Source of the DNA: Squalus acanthias
Taxonomy: Eukaryota
Assembly (NCBI GenBank): GCA_030390025.1
Contig: JASTWF010000364.1
Location: 248,001-312,000 of the forward strand
Reading direction: 5' to 3'
Length of the DNA stretch: 64,000 nucleotides
The notes below the pieces were generated by a model. That model was not told the origin of the DNA and ran no database searches. It saw only the letters and a program-made list of their open reading frames with translations. Shown here piece after piece: positions 12,457-23,329 of this stretch (the stretch's first letter is position 1; every line of letters starts with the position of its first letter). Position numbers and translations under genes: made by a program.

Positions 12457-13125
12457 TCAATGATCTTTATTAGCAGCCTGAGCCGGGGCTTCGTTATCAT
12501 TTTTGTTAACTTTTTATCGACTGTGTGTCATTAATGTGTGTGATTTGATATAAAGAATGAGTCCATATTAACCTAGGGGAGGCTGCTGATTAATCGCTAA
12601 ATGGGAGCATTTTGAAAGTTTTACTCATAATGTTCCTGAACAGCCTTTAATTCTTCAAACTTCAATTTTACGGGCGATTGAACTGAACATGTTTCTGACA
12701 GAATTGATATATGTATTAATTTGCCTTAACGAGTGATTAATTACCTTCTACTGAAAGAATTATATGGAGCCGTTTGGCTTAAATTTGCATATTAATCAAA
12801 TTCTCGTTGATAATTCAGACGGAGTTTGAATTTCGGGGATTATGCGGCGCGCCTTGCAAAAACTCTCTCTCCACCCTGGGATTGTCCAATCTTCCCCAGC
12901 GCCGACTCTCTCCAGGGCTGGTTGCTGTTTGTGAGTAAACGGAATTTTGTTTAACTGTTCCCGCATTAAAATCCAATCTACAGGATGATTGGAACTGGAT
13001 ATTGTTTTTAAAAACGTGGGAAAGGGGAGGGGGCGAGAAAAGGGACCGCCAAATTCAGACTAAACCCAAGTGTGTTCAAAACTAGATCTTGTTTAAAATG
13101 TTTGAGTATATCCGTATATTTCTTC

Positions 13126-13306
13126 AGAGAGACAGAAAGAGAGAGACACACACAGACAGAGAGACAGAGACAGACAGAGAGACAGAGACAGACAGGGAGA
13201 CAGAGACAGACAGGGAGACAGAGGGACACAGACAGACAGGGAGACAGAGACAGACAGGGAGACAAAGGGACACAAACAGACAGAGCGGGAGAGGGAGACA
13301 GACAGA
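13126..13306. repeat. GAGACA/GACA microsatellite
   Basis: Visible simple repeat. Confidence 0.9.
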
Positions 13307-13729
13307 TATTCAAACTTCCATCAAGAGAGAACGTGAATGGCCCCTCTTTAACGGGGAGGGGGAAGGGAGAGAGAGAAAAAAGCAGATGGTTAGTTGTAAA
13401 TCCATTAGACCTTTGGCCAGTTAATTATTTCATTGGCTAAAAGTTAAGATTCCCCATCATTCCCCTCTATTGGCTCTTGCTGGTGTTCACCATTTAGAAT
13501 TCCATGACATTCCCTTTATTTATTTCACAGCCACCTTTCTGCTCCTGTCCAGAGTGAAAGCTGCACTCCTGTCTGGTTTTCCCAATGGGATACGATCAGA
13601 TTTGCTGATCTTTCTCCGAGATGTGCACTCGAGTTATGAGGGAAGAGCCCCTTCAGCCTTCCCTCCGACCGACTTTTACAATTCCATTCTTCAGCTGATC
13701 ATCCCAGGACTGCTCGACTTGCTATTGGG

Positions 13730-15524
13730 CAATGCCCAGGTGAGGGAATCCGCAATGCCCAGGTGAGAACCCGCAATGCCCAGGTGGGAACCCGCCATGC
13801 CCAGGTGAGGGAATCCGCAATGCCCAGGTGAGAACCCGCAATGCCCAGGTGGGAACCCGCAATGCCCAGGTGAGGGAATCCGCAATGCCCAGGTGAGAAC
13901 CCGCAATGCCCAGGTGAGGGAACCCGCAATGCCCAGGTGAGGGAACCCGCAATGCCCAGGTGAGAACCTGCAATGCCCAGGTGAGGGAACCCGCAATGCC
14001 CAGGTGAGGGAACCCACAATGCCCAGGTGAGGGAATCCGCAATGCCCAGGTGAGAACCCGCAATGCCCAGATGAGAACCCGCAATGCCCAGGTGGGAACC
14101 CGCAATGCCCAGGTGGGAACCCGCAATGCCCAGGTGGGAACCCGCAATGCCCAGGTGAGAACCCGCAATGCCCAGGTGAGGGAATCCGCAATGCCCAGGT
14201 GAGAACCCGCAATGCCCAGGTGAGGGAACCCGCAATGCCCAGGTGAGAACCCGCAATGCCCAGGTGGGAACCCGCAATGCCCAGGTGAGAACCTGCAATG
14301 CCCAGGTGAGGGAACCCGCAATGCCCAGGTGAGGGAACCCGCAATGCCCAGGTGAGGGAACCCGCAATGCCCAGGTGAGGGAATCCGCAATGCCCAGGTG
14401 AGAACCCGCAATGCCCAGGTGAGGGAACCCGCAATGCCCAGGTGAGGGAACTCGTAATGCCCAGGTGAGGGAACTCGCAATGCCCAGGTGAGGGAACCCG
14501 CAATGCCCAGGTGAGGCAACTCGCAATGCCCAGGTGAGGGAACTCGCAATGCCCAGGTGAGGGAACTCGCAATGCCCAGGTGAGGGAACCCGCAATGCCC
14601 AGGTGAGGGAACCTGCAATGCCCAGGTGAGGGAACCTGTAATGTCCAGGTGAGGGAACTCGCAATGCCCAGGTGAGGGAACCCGCAATGCCCAGGTGAGG
14701 GAACTCGCAATGCCCAGGTGAGGGAATCCGCAATGCCCAGGTGAGGGAACTCGCAATGCCCAGGTGAGGGAACTCGCAATGCCCAGGTGAGGGAACCCGC
14801 AATGCCCAGGTGAGGGAACCTGCAATGCCCAGGTGAGGGAACTCGCAATGCCCAGGTGAGGGAACCCGCAATGCCCAGGTGAGGGAACCTGCAATGCCCA
14901 GGTGAGGGAACCTGTAATGTCCAGGTGAGGGAACTCGCAATGCCCAGGTGAGGGAACCCGCAATGCCCAGGTGAGGGAACTCGCAATGCCCAGGTGAGGG
15001 AATCCGCAATGCCCAGGTGAGAACCCGCAATGCCCAGGTGAGGGAACCTGCAATGCCCAGGTGAGAACCCGCAATGCCCAGGTGGGAACCCGCAATGCCC
15101 AGGTGAGAACCCGCAATGCCCAGGTGAGGGAACTCGCAATGCCCAGGTGAGGGAACTCGCAATGCCCAGGTGAGGGAACCCGCAATGCCCAGGTGAGGGA
15201 ACCTGCAATGCCCAGGTGAGGGAACCCGCAATGCCCAGGTGAGGGAACCTGCAATGCCCAGGTGAGGGAACCTGTAATGTCCAGGTGAGGGAACTCGCAA
15301 TGCCCAGGTGAGGGAACCCGCAATGCCCAGGTGAGGGAACCTGCAATGCCCAGGTGAGGGAACCTGTAATGTCCAGGTGAGGGAACTCGCAATGCCCAGG
15401 TGAGGGAACCCGCAATGCCCAGGTGAGGGAACTCGCAATGCCCAGGTGAGGGAACCCGCAATGCCAGGTGAGAACTCGCAATGCCCAGGTGAGGGAACCC
15501 GCAATGCCCAGGTGAGAGAACCTG
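13730..15524. repeat. 21/23-bp minisatellite CAATGCCCAGGTG(AG/GG/AGGG)AA(CCC/CTC/TCC/CCT)G, roughly 80 copies
   Basis: Tandem array of interspersed variant units. Confidence 0.95.
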
Positions 15525-15584
15525 TTGAGTTGGAGATTCAATCAGAATTCTAAAAGTGTAAAAAAGGATCCAGTATTTCTGAAC

Positions 15585-15990
15585 ATACAGGCCCAGCTCT
15601 CGCTTGAAGGAATTCAGCGAATCGGCGTCGACCGCACGAGACAGCAGCCTGTTCCAGAGGTCCAACATTCCCTGGGAAAAGAACCACCTCCTGACATCTA
15701 ACCTCAATCTGGTCTTACATACCTTAAGATTATGACCCCTGGTCCACCCTAACCTATTGAGTTGAAGCAAACTGTTTTCACCAACACAATCTATTCCCTT
15801 CATCATTTTATAAACCTCGATCAAATCACCCCCAAGTCTGCACTTCTTTAAAGTGTGGAGTCCCAGCTCTTTGAGCCTATCTTGATAACTAAGATGCTTT
15901 AGACTGGGAATTAGTCTAGTGGCCCTCCTCTGCACCCTTTCCAAAGCCTCAATATCACCCACCATGTGAGGGGACCAGAACTGGACACAG
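15585..15990 (-). mobile_element. CR1 LINE ORF2 C-terminal fragment
   Basis: DIEALERVQRRATRLIP..LSYQDRLKELGL..RLGGDLIEVYKMMKG..TRGHNLK. Confidence 0.85.
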
Positions 15991-16840
15991 AGTTCTAACT
16001 AAGACGAAGCCCATTTTAATCTACTATCTTCAATGAGGAATCTGTCCATTTCCTTTTTGAATATTGTAACAGACATTTCCAGCACTGGGTCAGACTGTAC
16101 CCGAGGAGTCCCCAGTCACCATGCTAGGTGTCAAGTTTATTCCATAAATGGATGTGCAAACACCTGAGTTACATTTACCTGGACATTTGCTTCACACATT
16201 GACCTCTGACCCTCTGTCCTAGTTCAGTACAAAGTAGACCCGAGTGCCTTAGTTATCTGGAGAACTCCAATAAAATGTTGTCTTTTTAATCACAATGAGA
16301 AGAGTGAACTCCCTTGGCCCCTCGTCACAGCTCATTGCTTTGCTCTTCTCCCTCTGGGCACCTCAGTCTCAGAAGGGAAAGTCTTAGGGGACCCCTAAGA
16401 GATTAATGGGATAGAGAAAGTTACCCTGGGACTTTCAGATTGAGGCAGGAGGCCCAGAGGGCACCAGAGTCAGGATCGTGAAGGTCACGTTTAAGACAGA
16501 TCCCAGGCGTATACAGAGGACGTTCAGCAGCTGGAACAAGTTGCAAGGAAGGGTTGTTAAGACCAAGAGACTGGTCTAATTTAATTAAATACTGTACTGT
16601 GGAGATAGTTATGTTGGTATTCTGGAAGAATGTGGACTAATGAGCTGAATGGACTTCTTCATCCAAATTTATCTCGTTTCTCGAGTATGTCCAATGCTAC
16701 CTTCTTTTTGTGATGACCGGAATTGGACTCATGGGTCCAAGTGATCTCAGTGTTTTATAATGTCACTGCAACCTCCTTGGACATGTACTCTAAGTATCTA
16801 CCTGTAGTATAACATTGCTCTAACCATGGCAATTCTAGCT

Positions 16841-17192
16841 CATAGAATCAGAGAAGTTTACAGCACAGAAGGAGGTAATTCGGCCCACTGACAAAGAGCC
16901 ATCCACCCTAATCCCACTTTCCAGCTCTTGGTCCGATGCCCTGTGGGTTACGGCACTTCAAGTGCATATCCAAGTACTTTTTAAACGTGATGAGGGTTTC
17001 TGCCTCTACCACCCTTTCAGGCAGTGAGTTCCAGACCCCCACCACCCTCTGGGTGAAAAGATTTCTCCTCAACTCCCCTCTAAACCTCCTATCAATTACT
17101 TTAAATCTGTGCCCCCTGGTTATCGACCTCTCTGCTAAGGGAAATAGGTCCTTCCTGTCCACTCTATCTAGGCCCCTCATCATTTTATACAC
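16841..17192 (-). mobile_element. CR1 LINE 3' end
   Basis: YKMMRGLDRVDRKDLFPL..TRGHRFKV..FTQRVVGVWNSLP plus the GGGCCGAAT tail. Confidence 0.85.
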
Positions 17193-17814
17193 CTAGTTAC
17201 ATACAATCTCTCATGACTAACAGACTAAACAGTTCCTCCTTGCCCTTTCTCTGGTTTACTGAAACAAGGTTATGTTCACTTTTAAAGAGGTGGGTGGAAC
17301 ATGAGGAGGATGTGTTAGACAATTGGATTATAATTTAAGATTCCTTACTTTGGTTCAATGAACCAGAGAGTACATGGAGGACAAGAAGGATCCCATGTAG
17401 TTAGAGATAGGGTTACACGTTAAAAAGGGGCGAGTAGGCAGCTAGAGTTGAAGGAGTTAGTTTGGTCCCAATGAGCTGAATGGCCTCCTCTGTGCTGGGA
17501 TATGAAATCCAAAGATACCCACACCAAATAGTCACTGCTCCAAACCCTGAAATCAACAACTCTTACAAGGTAACAGACCCAACAGATTCCCCTATTTCCC
17601 CCAAAATAGGCTGTTCCATTGGATGGCAGGGAATGAGACAAAGCCTTGAGGAAATGTATTGAAGAATGCAGGGACATGGGATTAGAGTAGAGAGCTCCGA
17701 CAGGGCAGCTAGTGATGGGTGGCGGGGGCGATAACAGTCCCATTCTGTACCACGATATCTAGGACACTGCCCGGAACAGGGAGCAGAACTCCATGACATC
17801 AGGACAGTTAAAAG

Positions 17815-18703
17815 AAAGACTTGCATTTCTACAGCGCCTTTCACCACTATGCCACCATGGGCAACACGGTGGCATAGTGGTTAGCACTGGTGCCTCACAG
17901 CGCCAGAGACCCGGGTTCGAATCTGACCTCGGGTGACTGTCTGTGTGGAGTTTGCACATTCTCCCCGTGTCTGCGTGGGTTTCCTCCGGGTGCTCCGGTT
18001 TCCTCCCACAGTCCAAAAATGTGTGGGTTAGGTTGATTTGGCTATGATAAATTGACCCTTAGTGTTAGGGGGGATTAAATATGTGGGGTTATGGGGATAG
18101 GATGGGATATGTTAGGGGGAATTAAATACGTGGGGTTACGGGGGTAGGGTGGGATATGTGTACTGTGGGGATTAAAGCAGGGACAGGGTACTGGATTTGG
18201 ATGATCAGCCATGATCGTATTGAATGGCGGAGCAGGCTCGACGGGCCGAATGGCCTACTCCTGCTCCTAGATTCTATGTTTCTATGACATCCCAAAGCGC
18301 TTTACAGCCAGTGAAGTACTTTTGAAGTGCAGTCACTGTTGTAATGTAGGAAACACAGCAGCCAATCTTGTGCACAGCAAGCTCCCAGAAACAGCAATGT
18401 GATAATGACCAGATAATGTGTTTTTAGTGATGTTGGTTGAGGGATAAATATTGTCCAGGACACTGGGGCAAACTCCCCTACTCTTCTTCAAAATAGTGCC
18501 ATGGGATCTTTTACATCCACCTGAGAGAGCAGACACGGCCTCAGTTTAACATCTTATTTGAAAGACGGCACCTCTGACAGTGCAGCTCTCCCTCAGTACT
18601 GCTGTGTCAGCCTGGATTTTTGTGCTCAAGTCTCTGGAGTGGGACTATGAACCCACAACCTTCTGACTCAGGGACAAGAGTGTTGCCCACTGAGCCATGG
18701 CCG
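17815..18703 (-). mobile_element. tRNA-derived SINE, SacSINE1/DeuSINE-like, interrupted by a V-SINE
   Basis: Minus-strand Pol III A box TGGCTCAGTGG (18697-18687) and B-box-like GGTTCATAGTCC; L2-type tail GGCGCTGTAGAAATGCAAGTC; family name from recall. Confidence 0.7.
17859..18286 (+). mobile_element. V-SINE (HE1-like) with CR1-derived 3' tail
   Basis: A box TGGCATAGTGG, B box GGTTCGAATC, V-domain TGTGTGGAGTTTGCACATTCTCCCCGTGTCTGCGTGGGTTTCCTCCGGGTGCTCCGGTTTCCTCCCACAGTCCAAA, tail GGGCCGAATGGCCT..TTCTATG. Confidence 0.88.
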
Positions 18704-18964
18704 ACACTCATTCACAACAGGGAGGGACCATAAATTTGATCATAACGTGAGCCTTATAGACCAGGCCGTCCACAGGCTGGTTTGACTGATCTCGGGCAGC
18801 AGTTGTTGGTGGCTACAACTGGATCCGGTGTCCTTGCTTAATGCCCATTGATCCCTGATAGAAAGTGCACTAGGGTTGATGTTTGGCAGGGACAGGATTG
18901 GCCCCAGTTGTGACACCCTCAATTGAAAAGCCCAAGACTGTCTAATCTTGCAGAAAAAATGGCT

Positions 18965-19381
18965 ATGTGGAATGTACAGCCCAGAAACAGGCCATTCAGC
19001 CCAACTGGTCCATGCCGGTGTTTATGCTCCACATGAGCCTCCTCCCACCCTACTTCATCTCACCCTGACAGCATGTCCTTCTATTCCTTCCTCCCTCATG
19101 TGTTTATCTAGTTTCCCCTTAAATGTATCTATACTATTCGCTTCAACCACTCCCTGTGGTAGCGAGTTCCACATTCTCACCACTCTCTGGGTAAAGAAGT
19201 TTCTCCTGAATTCCCTATTGGATTTATTAGCGACTATCTTACATTGATGGCCCCTAGTTCTGGTCTCCCCCACAAGTGGAAACATCTTCTCTACGTCTAC
19301 CCTATCAAACCCTTTCATAATCTTAAAGACCTCTATCAGATCACCCCTCAGCCTTCTCTTTTCTAGAGAAAAGTGCCCCAA
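18965..19381 (-). mobile_element. CR1 LINE 3' end
   Basis: FSLEKRRLRGDLIEVFKIMKGFDRVD..RRNFFTQRVVRMWNSLP. Confidence 0.85.
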
Positions 19382-19831
19382 GACTTGGGAGGAGCAAGTG
19401 TCTAGACCTCAGCAAGTCAGTGCGTGCAGGAGATGGTGGAGGAAGCTTGCTCAGATTGTAAACTGTTGACAATTCCAATAAGGGGCCAATGACTCATCGG
19501 AATCTGAAAAAGTGCTTTGTATTTAAATTGACACAATATGATGAACTCCCATGGCAAATCCAATTCTATTTTTAATTAGATTGGAGGAGGTGGTGGTAAT
19601 TACAATGGAAATTTATTGCACGTACGCTGTAACGGAGCAGCTCCCTCTGGTAGATGCCAGGGGTACAACAGGCCGGATAGACTCTGCTCGACCGTCTGCA
19701 GAGTCATCACAGCCCAAACAAACACTGAAAAGAGAAACTCGTTTTTAAAAGTTATTTCACAGATTCCCAGGCCACCTGGTTGCAGCCCCTATTCAGTTAT
19801 TTGAGGAATAATTCTGGCCTCTTGCGCATTA

Positions 19832-20055
19832 ATCGCTCCAACATTGGCGGCCGTGCCTTCAGCTGCCTGGGCCCCGAGCTCTGGAATTCCCTCCATAAAC
19901 CTCTCCGCCTCTCTCTCCTCCTTTAAGATGTTCCCTAAAACCGAGCTCTTTGACCAAGCTTTTGGCTATTGGGCCTAATATGTCCTTAAATGGCTCGGCC
20001 TCAGATTAACAACACTCCTGCGACGTGCCCTGGGATGTTTTATGACGTTAAAGGT
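19832..20055 (+). mobile_element. L2 LINE 3' fragment
   Basis: ATTGGCGGCCGTGCCTTCAGCTGCCT (IGGRAFSC)..CTCTGGAATTCCCT (LWNSL); same motif at ~42440. Confidence 0.65.
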
Positions 20056-20344
20056 GTGTTCGGTGGTTGGTCAATATTTGTCCGCATTTCAGCCCCATTC
20101 TCCTGACCTTTGGCCACCCGGTGTGGAGGGGGGGGGCGAGTAAGTCAAGGGACCTCCCCGGGGCTTAGTTCAGGCTCATTTCAAGCTGAAATCCCACAGG
20201 GTGATGAGGGAGTTTTCGAACTGCAGTCAGGGTTGTGAAAGGTGCTAAAAATGAATAAAAAAAAGTGCATGCATCCTACATTAGATTGTCAGTTACATTT
20301 ACCCCGTGTATTGGGGAAATATAAGTACTATACCTTTTAAAAAA

Positions 20345-20640
20345 TTCATTCCTGGGATGTGGGCATCACTGACAAGGCCAGCATTTATTACCCATCCCTA
20401 ATTGCCCTCAAGAAGGTGGTGGTGAGCCGCCACCTTGAACTGCTGCAGTCCGTGTGGTGAAGGTGCTCCCATAGTGCTATTACGGATTTTGATCCAGCGA
20501 CAATGAAGGAACGGCGATATTTCCAAGGCAGGATGGTGTGTGACTTGGAGAGGAACTTGGAGGTGGTGGTGTTCCCATGTGCTGCTGCCCTTGTCCTTCT
20601 AGGTGGTAGAGGTCGCAGGTTTGGGAGGTGCTGCCGAAGA
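20345..20640 (-). mobile_element. 3' end of a CR1/L2-group LINE; same family on + at ~22993-23165 and ~58208-58697
   Basis: Shared GGACTGCAG..TTCAAG..CACCACCTTCTCAAGGG..AAATGCTGG..GCCCACATCC sequence in three places. Confidence 0.7.
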
Positions 20641-20970
20641 AACCCTGCCCTGTTAATATCTTCTCATCCCTCTCTAAATGTACTCCAATAAAACTAGCTG
20701 GTGGTTTCACTGTATTTAAGAGATGACAAGACAGCAAGAGAAACCCAGGAAGACTTTAGCCAGGGGAGGTTTTTGCTGTGATAGAAACTCAGGAGTCAAG
20801 AGGTGTACACGGTGATAGCAATGCCTGCCCGAGCCCAGGCGTGGGGTGACACAGAACCAACAATAGGATGTAGGGAGTAACATTCAGATACAATTCAGCA
20901 CAGTACAATGGCACATTTGAAAACAACTCAAATAAACTTTGCAGACTCGGTGACAACTGACAGGAATGTT

Positions 20971-21190
20971 AGCATCACCCAGCTGCTCGTACCAAGGAAC
21001 GATCGCTGGTGGGTGACCATAAACTGGGAGATTCAGGAGTGAAGCATCATCCAGCTGCTCGTACCAAGGAACGATCGCTGGTGGGTGACCATAAACTGGG
21101 AGATTCAGGAGTGAAGCATCACCCAGCTGCTCGTACCAAGGAACGATCGCTGGTGGGTGACCATAAACTGGGAGATTCAGGAGTGAAGCA
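20971..21190. repeat. 72-bp tandem repeat, 3 copies
   Basis: Units begin at 20971, 21043, 21115. Confidence 0.9.
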
Positions 21191-21308
21191 ACTGTCTGCA
21201 GCTCGGAGGGATCTGAAACACAGGGTCCGTGCGTTAGGGGGCATGAGTCCATGGGCAAGGGGTCTCCCAGATGCTCGTACCGAGGACAGAGTGCTCTCAC
21301 GCTACAAA

Positions 21309-21746
21309 CTATGAGGAGAGATTGAGTAGACTAGGCCTATATTCTCTAGAGTTTAGAAGAATGAGAGGTGATCTCACTGAAACATACAAAATTCTTACAG
21401 GGCTCGACAGGGTAGATGCAGGGAGGATGTTTCCCTGGCTGGGGAGTCTAGAACCAGGGGTCACAGTCTCAGAATAAGGGCTCGGACTGAGATGAGGAGA
21501 AATTTCTTCACTCGAGGGTGGTGAATCTTTGGAATTCTCTGCCCCAGAGGGCTGTGGAGGCTCAGTCATTGAGTATATTCAAGACAGAGATCGATAGATT
21601 TTTGGATATTAAGGGAATCAAGGGATATGGGGATAGTGCAGGAAAGTGGAGATGAGGTAGAAGATCAGCCATGATCTTATTGAATGGCGGAGCAGGCTCG
21701 AGGGGCCAAATGGCCGACTCCTGCTCCTAATTCTTATGTTCTTATG
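21309..21746 (+). mobile_element. CR1 LINE 3' end
   Basis: YEERLSRLGLYSLEFRRMRGDL..; hairpin tail and TTCTTATG terminal repeats. Confidence 0.85.
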
Positions 21747-22549
21747 TAAACTGGTCACCAACCAAGCTGGACCAGGACAATAAATGATGGGCTTGGGGCG
21801 GTTTACTCCAGAGAAGCATAGACTTCAGGGGAAATTTGATAGAAGTATTTAAAATGATGAAGGGACTAGACTGTGTCCATGTGGATAAATTATTTGAATT
21901 CAGTTAGAGAGAACGAGGGGACATGAGTGTAAGTTACATAAGCTTGGAACTAGGTGAGATGTCAGAAGGTTCCTCTTCTCTGAGGGTCAATGACCTTTGG
22001 AACAAGTTTCCAGCTCGAGAGGTGAGCGCGGATTCACTCCCGCGAACAAGGATGAATCTGAAGAAAGATGGGAGGGAGAAGGGAGAAGAAACATGATCCT
22101 AATCTCTAAAATGCAGAGAGGTCAGTCGGGATGATGTGGGTGAGCAGAGTAATCAGTGTGCACGGTGAGCACAAAACTAGGGCAGATTATTGAAGAGCAT
22201 CGGGTGAGGATGGAGATTAAAGCAGAGCACCAGGTATGGACGGAGCCCCAGAGAATGACGTTGGTGCTGAGTCTGAGCCTATCAACTCCTTCAAAGAGGA
22301 GCTGGAGAAATACCTGTTTGGGAATTAGATAGCTGGTTATGGGGCAGGTACAGAGTAACCTGATGAAATAGTCCATAGGATTGCAATGGCTCCTGTACTG
22401 CAGGGGTGAGGGATGGGGTGAGGAGAGAGAAAGTTTGTTGTATGGAGGGCAAGGGAATGAATAGTGGAGATGTGAGGACGGGCGAATAGTCTGGAGTTTT
22501 GGCGATTCCTTTTGGGGATCAGGGAGTGTTTATACAGAACTTTCCCACA

Positions 22550-22747
22550 GGAGATTCAATGGGTGGGTAGAGTCTGTGATAGGGGAGAGTGTACACGGGC
22601 TGTGGGAGGAGATTAAATGGGTGGGTAGAGTCTGTGATAGGGGAGAGTGTACACGGGCTGTGGGAGGAGATTAATTGGGTGGGTAGAGTCTGTGATAGGG
22701 GAGAGTGTACATGGGCTGTGGGAGGAGATTCAGTGGGTGGGGAGAGT
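22550..22747. repeat. 58-bp tandem repeat, ~3.3 copies
   Basis: GGGTGGGTAGAGTCTGTGATAGG at 22561, 22619, 22677. Confidence 0.85.
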
Positions 22748-23329
22748 CCCAGACATCAGAGGTCCTGCAGTCCAGACCGACAGACAGTAAGGGATAGTTT
22801 ATTGCCTCCCAGGTTCTGTGGTAATTATTGCACAGAGTGGAAAACGTTTTGTAAAAGAGGGAGGGGGAGCAACCAATGATTGTTGTCCATGTGGGAGCCA
22901 ATTATGTAGGTAACAAAAGGTCAGATGTCCTCCCAGGTGAATCATAAACTAATGGAAGATGAAATTCCAGGGCCCGAAGGTAAATCGCCGATCCTTCGTC
23001 GTCGCTGGGTCAAAATCCTGGAACTCCCTCCCTAACAGCACTGTGGGAGTACCTTCACCTCACGGACTGCAGCTGTTCAAGACGGCGGCTCAGCACCACC
23101 TTCTCAAGGGTTACTAGGGATGGACATTAAATGCTGGCCTTGCCAGCGACGCCCACATCCCAGGAAAGAATTTTAAAAATGCTTAAAACAGGAGACAGCG
23201 AATCCGGGTAATTCCAGGACAGATGGTTTATCTTGTGCTTTATTTGTTCTATGGAGTTTTTAACAGGTATCTAGATAAAGAGAAAAGAGTTAGAAGCAGC
23301 CAGCACAAATTTCACGAGGGATGATTGCG

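Noticed and set aside
8443..15524. CRISPR-like appearance of palindromic 17-25-bp repeats
   Set aside because: Units are directly adjacent with no unique spacers, no cas genes, vertebrate context.
11606..15524. Interstitial telomere (CTAGGG/TGAGGG hexamers)
   Set aside because: Only one or two variant hexamers per unit; no tandem TTAGGG.
13691..15965. 600-750-aa minus-strand ORFs
   Set aside because: Translation of the 21/23-mer array in all three frames, one fused to a CR1 fragment.
17859..17935. tRNA gene
   Set aside because: A/B boxes belong to SINE heads (also 55476 and 18703) that continue into SINE body and LINE-derived tail.
18730..18950. Possible ancient SINE remnant continuing at ~19382-19440
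   Set aside because: Resemblance from memory only; too decayed to support.
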